This document shows, in pieces, positions 27,126 to 36,499 of a stretch of DNA of 64,000 nt (the stretch's first letter is position 1; every line of letters begins with the position of its first letter). This DNA is from a virus. The notes beneath the pieces were generated by a model, which did no database searches, had not been told where the DNA came from, and was given only the letters and a program-made list of their open reading frames with translations. Made by a program: the position numbers and the translations under genes. The stretch is taken from the UHGV virus genome UHGV-0084588. The stretch is one strand, 5' to 3'.

Positions 27126-29297
27126 TTAACGTGCTTGCGGCAAGAAGATGTTCGCGATCTGGCGTGCTGGAAGCACATCAAACGCAGAGTTGATAAAGCT
27201 GCCTTGTGACCATGCAGATGCCCAGTTCTGTGCCCAAATGCTTCCTTGGATCTTAGCACGCTCTATACCGTTCGTACGCTCGTACAACGTCGCTGCACCC
27301 AAACACGCCATAAACTCACTGAATTTATTATCGTCGTCCCAAACACCGGTGTCTGTAACGATGGGCATATACATCACACGGGACAAATCGCGGATGGTAA
27401 CATTGATATCACAAGACAGTGGAACAGAATCGCCTGGCCGCCAACCTAAACCACCAACACCGAATTGTAAAGACAAAGACGTTACGATAGCATTACGGAA
27501 CGAGAATCGGCCTTGTGAGTAACATTCCAAATAAAACGGATGAGTGAATGATTGTTTACCCGTCGCAATTGGACATACCGCGGCGATCCAAAAGGACAGC
27601 GGCACTAGAATTTCCTGGAAGATATCCAGGTCACTTCCCGACCACGCACGTAAAGGTATTGTCAAGTTAATATCGTCACCCGAGGCATCCGAACTGTCCC
27701 ACACCTCTGGGAAGTCGATGACGGATGAGTTATATAACGACATAATCCCCGTTAAATGAAGCGTATCTGCTAACCCACGCATTACGGACTTAAAGCCTGT
27801 AATTAATGAATCGACCGCGTTGAAGCCGGTTTGCCCGCCAGACAAGTTTACTTCAAGTTGACGAGCTTTTGCCGTCATTGAGTTAACTGTACTAGAAATC
27901 TCCGGCTCTTTTGTGGAGTTAGAGAACGAACGAGAGACGGTGTCCTTCCCATCGATTCTCCAGGTCACCCACTGAGAACCGTTGTAGATTTCGGACAGCG
28001 CCTGTGCTTTAATCCCTTCAATCTGTTCGCCAACCACTTTAACAAAGTCGCCGAAGAACGTCTCCATGGTCGATTCTTTGCCTTTATCCGCCCAGGACTG
28101 TATCGTATTCTGTTGTCCCTCGGTGAGGTTACTCGCATCGGCATTTTCCAAATCCTCATTCATTTTGTTTTGGATTTCTGCCGCCTGCGCCTCTAGGTCG
28201 CTTGCCGTTCCCCCAGTTTGTAACCCTGAACTAAACGCATCGAGAACCCCTTTCTCCAGTTCATCAACGCTGTTAATATCTTTACCCGACGCGTCTTTCG
28301 CCGCATAACCACCGCGTTCGGATGCGGCTAACCGTTCCATGTCTTGCAAAGAAACTTCGTAATTTCTCACATCGTCAGAATACGAAGCTGCGCCATATGT
28401 GCTATCCAAATAGAAATTTCGTATCCGCTCGGCGAGATCATCGTCACTTGAGGACTGCTTACGAAGCTCTTTTAAACGTTGATTCTGATAGTTCGCCAAA
28501 GTTTGATAACGGTTGATCATCTTAAAGACATCGAATTCACCGTCTTTTTTCCAAACCTCCGGCAACGCTTCAAACGCATCGTCGCGCGCTTTTTTGTTTC
28601 CTTTTCCATCGCCGTCTTGACTAACCTGGAAGGTACCTAAGATACCCGTAGGAACCAAACGACGATAAACAAGTTGCGTATTCAAGATGTTCTGTACAGC
28701 ACGCAAATACAGATGCATCGTCGGTTTAACGTAATAATAACGCGACGTTTGTTTATTCAACGCTGCCGCGAGAATGCGTGGAGTAATTAAAATTACCGCA
28801 AAAGCGACAGTACCCACCGTTGCCCATATCGCTGCCGCGCCGATATAACTTGCTATCGTACGGATCATTCCCGGATAGTCACCCGTACGCGCTAAATATG
28901 CTAAGTTGGAATCGTACATATTCGCAAAGAACGCGGCCATGCCCAGATATTTCGGCTTTCCGAAACGGCAATGTACGTAAAACGAATTTTGGTTAATACT
29001 TTCGTAATAATACGTCCCTAAGCGATAAGAAGCGGTTGGCATACCGTTAGCCAACGCCTTTTTCTCCGCCTCACGATTACCGGGTCGTGCAAATGCCCCA
29101 GTTGATGGGGGGTCTGCAAACCACGTAAACTGCGGAGGGCTATTAATCGCTTTACTACCGCCCATGGTCGTATCTTCAAAAGACATCATACCGTTAGAGT
29201 AGCGTCGCAAGGCCAGAAAACGTTCATCTCGGCCTTCCAACTCTCCCTTAAATAGATTTCTGACCCAGCTTGAGTCGTTAGCTGATCTAGCGTCCAC
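27126..29297 (-). CDS. hypothetical protein, possibly virion-associated
   Basis: 723-aa ORF directly downstream of the 2374-aa gene; internal hydrophobic stretch AAAIWATVGTVAFAVILI. Confidence 0.55.
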   Translation of the reverse strand: MDARSANDSSWVRNLFKGELEGRDERFLALRRYSNGMMSFEDTTMGGSKAINSPPQFTWFADPPSTGAFARPGNREAEKKALANGMPTASYRLGTYYYESINQNSFYVHCRFGKPKYLGMAAFFANMYDSNLAYLARTGDYPGMIRTIASYIGAAAIWATVGTVAFAVILITPRILAAALNKQTSRYYYVKPTMHLYLRAVQNILNTQLVYRRLVPTGILGTFQVSQDGDGKGNKKARDDAFEALPEVWKKDGEFDVFKMINRYQTLANYQNQRLKELRKQSSSDDDLAERIRNFYLDSTYGAASYSDDVRNYEVSLQDMERLAASERGGYAAKDASGKDINSVDELEKGVLDAFSSGLQTGGTASDLEAQAAEIQNKMNEDLENADASNLTEGQQNTIQSWADKGKESTMETFFGDFVKVVGEQIEGIKAQALSEIYNGSQWVTWRIDGKDTVSRSFSNSTKEPEISSTVNSMTAKARQLEVNLSGGQTGFNAVDSLITGFKSVMRGLADTLHLTGIMSLYNSSVIDFPEVWDSSDASGDDINLTIPLRAWSGSDLDIFQEILVPLSFWIAAVCPIATGKQSFTHPFYLECYSQGRFSFRNAIVTSLSLQFGVGGLGWRPGDSVPLSCDINVTIRDLSRVMYMPIVTDTGVWDDDNKFSEFMACLGAATLYERTNGIERAKIQGSIWAQNWASAWSQGSFINSAFDVLPARQIANIFLPQAR

Positions 29298-29307
29298 GTT
29301 TTACCTC

Positions 29308-29337
29308 TAAAAAAAACGGGGGTAGTTTCCTACCCCC
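29308..29337 (-). terminator. intrinsic terminator between two co-oriented minus-strand genes
   Basis: On the minus strand, GGGGGTAG-gaaa-CTACCCCC followed by TTTTTTTT. Confidence 0.55.
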
Positions 29338-29345
29338 TGTTGTTA

Positions 29346-32300
29346 TTACGCCGATTTACGACTAACGTCGAGTTGTGGCGCTGGTTGGGTTATTGACACG
29401 TTACGTGACGCCGAACCCGGAGCGGTTGACGCAGGGTTAGCCGGTCCGTTTTGCATAGCCTGTGGTCGCTGACGAAGAATTGTTACAATCTCTTTCAGGT
29501 AGCCCGCAGACTCTTTTGCAACCGCCAGCTGCTGTACGCTGATCGGATCACCGCTGTTCACTGTAGAGCCGGTCTGTGCATCGGACGTTACTGTTGGTGC
29601 AGGGCGGACTGATTTCTCCATCTGCTGTCTAGCACCTTCTTTTACTTTAGCAACATCCTCTTCGGCCAGGCCGTCAGCACGAGCGTTTTGACCCACCGTA
29701 TCTACAACAACTGACGCATCACTCGGTGTAACGTCGCCGCCAGGGCTCGGCACAGCCGGACCACCGCCCGTCGCAGCTTTAATGTCATCGGCCCCCATTG
29801 CACCTTTATCTGCTAAGGCTGCATCACGATTCGCCTCGTTCGCAGCTGGCAGGTTATCTGCCGGGCCTGTGATAGACGGATCGTTAGCAGCGCCCGCAGC
29901 GATGGCTGGGGATGACGGCATTGGCGTTACGCCTGTCGTCAAGTCTTTCACCGATGCCTGATTAGCCGCAATTGCGTTTGTTCCTACTGCACCAATCTTA
30001 CCACCCATGATGTTGAGCACTTCATCCAAACTACGCAATTTTCCATTCTTGTAGAAAATTGTGCTGTTTGCCGCGATTTGATCGGCCGATGCACCACGCG
30101 ATGACGGACCGTTCGGATCACGCTTCCATTCTTGCAGGAATTTCTTACCGCCACCTTGTCCTAAGAAGTGGTAGAGGTAAACTGCTGCACCAGGAGGATC
30201 GATGCCACCTAAATCCTTTCTGGCTTTCTCGATATTGTCACGAATATGGCGGACACCAAGCAGAGTATTCGCCCACGGGTCATACTGGTCGGTTTGCGGG
30301 ATACCGTAACGTCTAGCGTAAGCTTTCATCTGCGCACCCCAGGTATCGTTGATGAACTGGAACAAGCCAGCCGCAGAACTTCCTTTAGCTTTGATGCCGT
30401 ATCTAAGTCCTGATTCTGCTTGTGCCATTCCCAGAGCTAACGCTGGGGGAACACCCATCATCTTCGCTACATCTGTAATCAGTGCCGCAACCGCATTCAG
30501 GTTAGGCTTCAATCCGTCGCCCAACGTTGAAATTGGATACTTAGCCGCTAACGTTTTATAATCACCGTCTTGCATCTCGCCAAGCTTCACACCGAAGTTA
30601 CCGGTACTAAACGCGGCGTAATTCTTAGCTCCCATCTGACCATAAGCACCAGCCAAATCGTTTGGCGTGCCGTAATTCCCACCGTCATTCGCTGCCGGTT
30701 GAAGCAGATCGCGATAAGAGGAGGAAGTATTCATCTGTTGCCGAGGTGGTTGGTCCTTCTCGTCATCGGTCAAGAACATCTGAGTCGCACGATCTTTTCG
30801 CTGCCAGTTCACACGGAAACCAGCAGAAGGCGTAGCACGCAGCGTTTTACGTACTGCCAAATCAGCTTCCTTAGACAGTTCTTTCAGATTCTCTAACTCC
30901 GTCGCAACTGAACCAGCGTCAGTGTTAGCATCACCCCCTAACGGGTTAAACGGTACCTCCCACACCGATTGGCGAATACCCCCTTTCAGGTTGTATGCAC
31001 CACGCATCATCAGTGCGATTTCATACAAGAACCCGCCTGTAACGCGTAGGTCCATCGGATCGGCAGCAGGGACATAACGTTTCACTCCAACCACGTACGT
31101 CATGAAGACAGGTAAGAAGCGGTTATAGAACCAGTTCTTGTACCGATCTTCTTTTGGCCCACCAATAGCGTCAGGTGCAATCACCGCAATCGCACGTTTC
31201 CAGTCTCCTTTATACGTACAACTTTTCACATCAGTGTCTTGCAACACTTGACGTTCTAGGAGCGTATAGAGGTTACGGGTTGTTTGAGTAATGCTCACAG
31301 CACCATAAGCTTTCAACCTTACAGATTCCAAATCACGGAGATCGGTTTCTTTAGGTAAGCTTCTCCAGTCAACTTGAACCTGAACTTGTTCGGTGCCGTC
31401 TTCCCAACCTTCAACCTTTGCAACCTCTTTGTTGCGTTCCGCATCCGCTTGAGCCAACGCTTGGGACGATTCCGCCACAGAAGCAACTTTGTGTCCTTCG
31501 GCCACGCCGCCTGTAGCATTAACATCCTTACGTTTTTCATCACGACGCATGTTAATCGAACGAAGCACGCGTTCTTGTGCTTCAACGACTTCTTCACCTG
31601 ACAAAAACTCGGCCGGGGTAAACGTTACGAAATCCCACGCTTTAGAGAACCAACCTTGGTTAACCTTGCGGGGGTCTTCTAATGCACGGAATGCAGGTGC
31701 GTCTTTCGACATCTTCATTTTGTTAAAGATGTTCAACATGTCTGCTTTCGACACTTTCGCTGGATTACCGACGTCAGCTAACGCGATATCGTTATCCATC
31801 GATTTCAGTGCCGTAATCCAACGTAAGTAAATAGGCACAAAACGTTGTAGCATAAACGCACTAAACGCCAGCATTTCGCCTTTGTCTTCTACGTTAGTAC
31901 CAAACCCTTCGGCCAGTTTCTTCACGTCGTCACCGGACAAACCACGCAGCTGCGCTTGACCGTTCTCTGTATAAGAGATATACGGTTTCAAGTTGTCTTC
32001 TAAATAACGTGCTTTTGCACCGTCGTCGGAAGACCATTCATCGTGGTCTCTAAAACCGTACTGCGCCAATCGCATGTTATCCAGATACTGGGCATTTACA
32101 CGGGTTGCAGTTTTATACGCAAACCAAGACAGCGCAGCGCCTGCAGCGACCAAGCCAATAATCGGCCAGCCAACCGCAGTTACCACTGCAGATGCCGCTG
32201 TCGCGACAGCACTCACCGCAGGGACAGCCAAACGGGTCACAGCAAACTTACCAACGTTCCACAACGCTTTGCCTGCAAATCCAACCGGCTTGAAGATTCC

Positions 32301-35300
32301 CCATTTTGCAACTTTACCTAAGATTGAACCCACTGTGCCCAAAATACTCACAATCGGTCCTACCAACGGCAGTCCTTTAAGGAAATCCATTACCCCACGT
32401 TTACCACCTTTCTTCTCAGCCTCTTTCTTAGCCTTTTCCTCTTCCTTAGAACGACGACGGCGTCGGAAGAACTGGAAGTAATCGCGTTTTTCATCACTGG
32501 CAGGCGGCTTATTGCGTTGGCCGAACTTACTGAACATAGTTCTTAACAAACCATCCGAAGCACCTGCTTTTTCCGCAGAATCACGCATGGTGTTAAACCA
32601 TGACATTTCCTGAAGATTAACCATTCGGTTCAGGCGTTCCAGTAAAGCTGACCCAACGCTACGGGCTTTCTGTTTCCCTTTATTAATCACACGACCAGCG
32701 CTATCCATTACGGTGTCTAAGTCTTCTTTTGCCGCATCGACGATACGTGTTTTAGACACCTTGCCTCTTGCGTAGATGTGTTGACGGTAAAACTCAGCAA
32801 CATCGTCATCGCGTCCTGCTAAACGACTCTCCATTCGATAACGTGTGCCAATATCGAAACGTGGATCACGGAAAGTATCGACCATATCGCTTGCACGACC
32901 ACGGAAACGATCAAACCAACCACGTGCGGCACCGCCCCAACGAGAAAGACGATCGCCTACCGCACCGCGATAACGGGACATTCTGTCACGCATCCGACCA
33001 CGCCAATCCCGGAACCCCTGAAAATGTTCACGGAACCCTTCACGTATGTCTTTAGCACGTTGGAATAATCCTTTAACTGAGCTGGCTCCCGTATTCCGTT
33101 CCATCTGTTCTGTCCAGGTATCATCTTCTGGTTCACCTGGCAATCTCCGGTTAAGGAGTTTGTAGATACGGATTAAGATGTGGTTAGTTTTACGGCCGTT
33201 CGACCATGAGAACACACTAAACCCACCACCAGAACCCCCTTCCTTACGGTTCTGCCACCAACGTGTCAGAGGGTTATCAGAAGCCAACTCTTTGAGCTTC
33301 TCAAACCCGCGTTTTGCATTGTTCCACAAACGTGCTGGCATTCCCGTTACACGGGAAATCATGCTTTGTAAACGGGTTTTCTCTGCGCCCTCTGGAACCT
33401 CATTTAACCACTCACGTGCTTTCTCGAACAACGAAGCCGCTTTAGGTGAAATGAAGCCTAAAAGTTTCTTCGGTAAAGTCACAGCTTTGTTTACCGCCGT
33501 TCCTGCTTTCCCAGAAATGTACTGGAAAAGCGCTTGAACTTTACCGCCTTTGTAGAATCGCAGTTTACCTGCGGCAGCCAAATCAGCAGCAGATAAGATT
33601 AAATTACCCGCTTCATCGACAATATCACGTCCCAGTTTAATATCGTCGAGGGTTTTAAGTTGAATCAGCTTCTCAGTTTTCGGGTCAGCCTGGTAATATT
33701 CCCCAGCTTCTAAACGACTTCCTTGTAATACGACGTTGCCACGTTCATCGTAAATATCACGAACACCTAAAACGCCTTTACCGAAAGCTACAGCAGAATT
33801 CCAACCTGTCGATAGAGTACCTGTTACTAACCCTTTCAGTCGGCTAAATACACCGGGTCCTTCGGAGGAGCCGCCTGAGAATTTCCCACGGATAAAACCA
33901 CCTAAAGCCTGCAGACGATCTTTCCCACGTAGGAACAGATTCTTACCAAAACGCCCTACACCTGAACCGGTATCCCAAAGCACCCCAGCCCAACGGCGTA
34001 ACAAGCCTGTCTCGCCTAGCACAATACGTTTGCGTTTACGACGACGTTTACGACCCGAGTCACTCGAACTTTCAGTTTCGTCACCGTCATCACGACTACC
34101 GCCTAAACTGGCTAGGAGAATACCTTCCTCATCCATGTTCTTAACGTGTTTGAGGATATCTTGCACTGTGCTAGATTCGGGCTGTTTACGTACAGCATCA
34201 ATCAAACGGTCGAATTGCTGTTCCAACCCGGCGTTCGTATCTGGACGACTGCTTAATAGTTCAACAAAGTTAGTGGATTTCTCTCCATAAAGTACCGCAG
34301 CGAGTTGACGTGCGCTTAAACCGCGACCACGACCACCTTTTCCACCGCCACGCACATTGGACAGTTCTTTGTCTTCAAAGCTCGGCTCTGCACCTGCACC
34401 CATCCGACGCAAGTAATCACCCAGCGCAGAACCGTTTTGCAATTTACGCTGAATCTCTTGCTCACGGGTTAACGAACGTCCAGAGCGGGTCTTACCCATC
34501 GACAGGTCATTAAATAACGTATAGGGATCGTTAATGTCCTTATCGACCTCGAAAATGTCTTTCTTCGCATCGTATTTAAAAATACCGGAATCACGAAGTG
34601 CATTCTCGCCGTAAATCACAGACGCAGCATCAACAGTGTCCTGACGTGCGCGAATCGTTGACTGGATAGCGGCGATTTTGTTTGAAATCGCGTTGCTCAA
34701 TTCATGGTGTCCACCAACCAGTTCCGCAGAACGGGCTTCTAAAACACCCTGAATCGCTTCCACAGCGTTTGCGTTCATGTACCGATACATGTGCATCGGG
34801 TCTTTCAATAAAGACCCTACATCGAACGCTTTCCCTTCCGAGGCACGGGATTCGATGTAGTCTGCTAACGCCTGACGTGTTTTCCGATCGAGCGTTTTAT
34901 CTTTATCGATAAAGTCGACTGTATCGTTGATGTAAGTCTGTAAACGTTTACGCTGATCGTCATTAGCAACCGCTTTACGAACACGATTACCAATAACTTT
35001 ACGATCCACCATACCGCGTGTGGTCAGGTCATAAACCTGATCGTGGTGTTCACCATATCCACGACGAATAGATTTGTTAATCTCGGACAGTAACGTCGGA
35101 ATAACTTCAGTGATGCTGAGGTAAGCTTTACGATCGAATTTCGCCGCCGCAGAAAGAGATTCCGCAGAGCGATCGTCTAATGCTAACGTTTCGCGACGTA
35201 GCGGGTTAACCAATCCCAATTCGTGCATTAGTCGAAACAGATCAGCTAACGGGCCGCTTGTTTCTCCTGCTATTGCTGAGTTAGAAATAGACGATAAATT

Positions 35301-36470
35301 TCCAAAACCATACTTCGCCAACTGAAGGCGTTTCATGACTTCTGGATTTTTCTCCAACTCGCCACGAGTCCAGTTTTGTAGACGTTCGATCTGGGGTTGT
35401 AAGAGCCGTTTTGCTAACCAACCACCTGCAAAACCTGCCGCTTTATTACGCGAGTTTGTATTACGACGGTCAGGAGACAACGATGAGCTGTCCGACATGT
35501 CAAAGTCGTCTTCCTGGGCCATCCCTAGAACTTGTTCTAGAATCCCACGACCATCGCTAAAGACGTTCGAGATTTTCTTCTTCGCGTTCTCACGAATCTG
35601 GCTAATGAAATTGTCTGCGTAATGTAAGGGGTTCATCCACTCCGCAGCTTTACGTTTTACATTAGCCCAACGAATTTCAGAAAACTCTTCCTTCGCGTAG
35701 TCTGGCAGTGCTGTGTTCTTAACGATGGCTTCTAATGCCGGTGTATTGCGTGCAAACTCGTCTTGTTTGAGTTTCGCAATATCCTGCAAAGCAAACAATG
35801 TCCGGTATTGCAGCTCTAACTGCTTACGCTGAACATTCAACAACACGCCCCGACTTAAGCTAGTCGTTAAGTTGACGTCTTTTGCAATACCGATTACTGT
35901 CTGGAACAGTGCGTCGGACTTCATGTCCTTAATCGTGTCACGCAAGCGGTCTTCAACCATCCCTTCTTGCGTTTCACGTTGCTGGTCCGCCGTTTGCGGT
36001 GCACCTGAGAACACGCTGTCCAGCTCACGATCCATCAACGCTTGTTTAGGATCGTAATTCCCATAGTCGATTTGATCGTTACGTGCCCACTTGTCGATTT
36101 TCCGTGTTACGGATTCCGGTAAATACCGTTTCAGTGTTGGGCCTAACTGTCTCGCTTGCATCTTAACGACGCGAGACGTCTTTTCAATCTCGTCTTTCGT
36201 ATGGGCCAGAATGTCTTGACCTGCAGCTTTAACGTTTTGATAGCCTTCGTAGGCTTCTGCCGCAGGTTTAGGCATCCCTTTTAAAATAACCTGATCACGT
36301 TTGTTTTCGGGCCAGATAGTCGACAACGCCGACTTACGGGCAGCACGAAATGTGTCCATGACCGGGTTACGCGATTGGTCTTGTTGACGAGGGGGCTCAT
36401 CAAAATCGTCCCAGTCGTCCATGTTATCAAGATCGATTTCATCGAAATCATCTTTACCTTTTTTAGCCAT
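29346..36470 (-). CDS. giant virion protein (2374 aa) with C-terminal lytic transglycosylase domain
   Basis: Acidic N-terminus (DDFDEIDLDNMDDWDDFDE); long hydrophobic Ala/Val/Gly-rich membrane-like region; C-terminal region with AQAESGL, AAGLFQF and YLYHFLGQGG resembling the SLT signature; overall like phiKZ gp181-type proteins. Confidence 0.8.
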   Translation of the reverse strand: MAKKGKDDFDEIDLDNMDDWDDFDEPPRQQDQSRNPVMDTFRAARKSALSTIWPENKRDQVILKGMPKPAAEAYEGYQNVKAAGQDILAHTKDEIEKTSRVVKMQARQLGPTLKRYLPESVTRKIDKWARNDQIDYGNYDPKQALMDRELDSVFSGAPQTADQQRETQEGMVEDRLRDTIKDMKSDALFQTVIGIAKDVNLTTSLSRGVLLNVQRKQLELQYRTLFALQDIAKLKQDEFARNTPALEAIVKNTALPDYAKEEFSEIRWANVKRKAAEWMNPLHYADNFISQIRENAKKKISNVFSDGRGILEQVLGMAQEDDFDMSDSSSLSPDRRNTNSRNKAAGFAGGWLAKRLLQPQIERLQNWTRGELEKNPEVMKRLQLAKYGFGNLSSISNSAIAGETSGPLADLFRLMHELGLVNPLRRETLALDDRSAESLSAAAKFDRKAYLSITEVIPTLLSEINKSIRRGYGEHHDQVYDLTTRGMVDRKVIGNRVRKAVANDDQRKRLQTYINDTVDFIDKDKTLDRKTRQALADYIESRASEGKAFDVGSLLKDPMHMYRYMNANAVEAIQGVLEARSAELVGGHHELSNAISNKIAAIQSTIRARQDTVDAASVIYGENALRDSGIFKYDAKKDIFEVDKDINDPYTLFNDLSMGKTRSGRSLTREQEIQRKLQNGSALGDYLRRMGAGAEPSFEDKELSNVRGGGKGGRGRGLSARQLAAVLYGEKSTNFVELLSSRPDTNAGLEQQFDRLIDAVRKQPESSTVQDILKHVKNMDEEGILLASLGGSRDDGDETESSSDSGRKRRRKRKRIVLGETGLLRRWAGVLWDTGSGVGRFGKNLFLRGKDRLQALGGFIRGKFSGGSSEGPGVFSRLKGLVTGTLSTGWNSAVAFGKGVLGVRDIYDERGNVVLQGSRLEAGEYYQADPKTEKLIQLKTLDDIKLGRDIVDEAGNLILSAADLAAAGKLRFYKGGKVQALFQYISGKAGTAVNKAVTLPKKLLGFISPKAASLFEKAREWLNEVPEGAEKTRLQSMISRVTGMPARLWNNAKRGFEKLKELASDNPLTRWWQNRKEGGSGGGFSVFSWSNGRKTNHILIRIYKLLNRRLPGEPEDDTWTEQMERNTGASSVKGLFQRAKDIREGFREHFQGFRDWRGRMRDRMSRYRGAVGDRLSRWGGAARGWFDRFRGRASDMVDTFRDPRFDIGTRYRMESRLAGRDDDVAEFYRQHIYARGKVSKTRIVDAAKEDLDTVMDSAGRVINKGKQKARSVGSALLERLNRMVNLQEMSWFNTMRDSAEKAGASDGLLRTMFSKFGQRNKPPASDEKRDYFQFFRRRRRSKEEEKAKKEAEKKGGKRGVMDFLKGLPLVGPIVSILGTVGSILGKVAKWGIFKPVGFAGKALWNVGKFAVTRLAVPAVSAVATAASAVVTAVGWPIIGLVAAGAALSWFAYKTATRVNAQYLDNMRLAQYGFRDHDEWSSDDGAKARYLEDNLKPYISYTENGQAQLRGLSGDDVKKLAEGFGTNVEDKGEMLAFSAFMLQRFVPIYLRWITALKSMDNDIALADVGNPAKVSKADMLNIFNKMKMSKDAPAFRALEDPRKVNQGWFSKAWDFVTFTPAEFLSGEEVVEAQERVLRSINMRRDEKRKDVNATGGVAEGHKVASVAESSQALAQADAERNKEVAKVEGWEDGTEQVQVQVDWRSLPKETDLRDLESVRLKAYGAVSITQTTRNLYTLLERQVLQDTDVKSCTYKGDWKRAIAVIAPDAIGGPKEDRYKNWFYNRFLPVFMTYVVGVKRYVPAADPMDLRVTGGFLYEIALMMRGAYNLKGGIRQSVWEVPFNPLGGDANTDAGSVATELENLKELSKEADLAVRKTLRATPSAGFRVNWQRKDRATQMFLTDDEKDQPPRQQMNTSSSYRDLLQPAANDGGNYGTPNDLAGAYGQMGAKNYAAFSTGNFGVKLGEMQDGDYKTLAAKYPISTLGDGLKPNLNAVAALITDVAKMMGVPPALALGMAQAESGLRYGIKAKGSSAAGLFQFINDTWGAQMKAYARRYGIPQTDQYDPWANTLLGVRHIRDNIEKARKDLGGIDPPGAAVYLYHFLGQGGGKKFLQEWKRDPNGPSSRGASADQIAANSTIFYKNGKLRSLDEVLNIMGGKIGAVGTNAIAANQASVKDLTTGVTPMPSSPAIAAGAANDPSITGPADNLPAANEANRDAALADKGAMGADDIKAATGGGPAVPSPGGDVTPSDASVVVDTVGQNARADGLAEEDVAKVKEGARQQMEKSVRPAPTVTSDAQTGSTVNSGDPISVQQLAVAKESAGYLKEIVTILRQRPQAMQNGPANPASTAPGSASRNVSITQPAPQLDVSRKSA

Positions 36471-36499
36471 AACGTTTAATCCGTATCAGGAGATTTAGC

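Noticed and set aside
30059-36057. Numerous 60-135-aa ORFs in the track on the plus strand inside the 2374-aa minus-strand gene (for example 30570-30896, 32074-32481, 33178-33537)
   Set aside because: They lie antisense within a long gene that has coherent protein motifs, lack ribosome-binding sites and have low-complexity translations; they are the usual shadow ORFs of a long gene.
29346-36470. Possibility that the giant protein is an N4-type virion RNA polymerase
   Set aside because: It is about 1000 aa shorter than N4-type polymerases as I recall them, carries an SLT-like C-terminal domain and a long hydrophobic region, and multisubunit-type RNAP genes lie next to it; single-subunit polymerase motifs were not seen.
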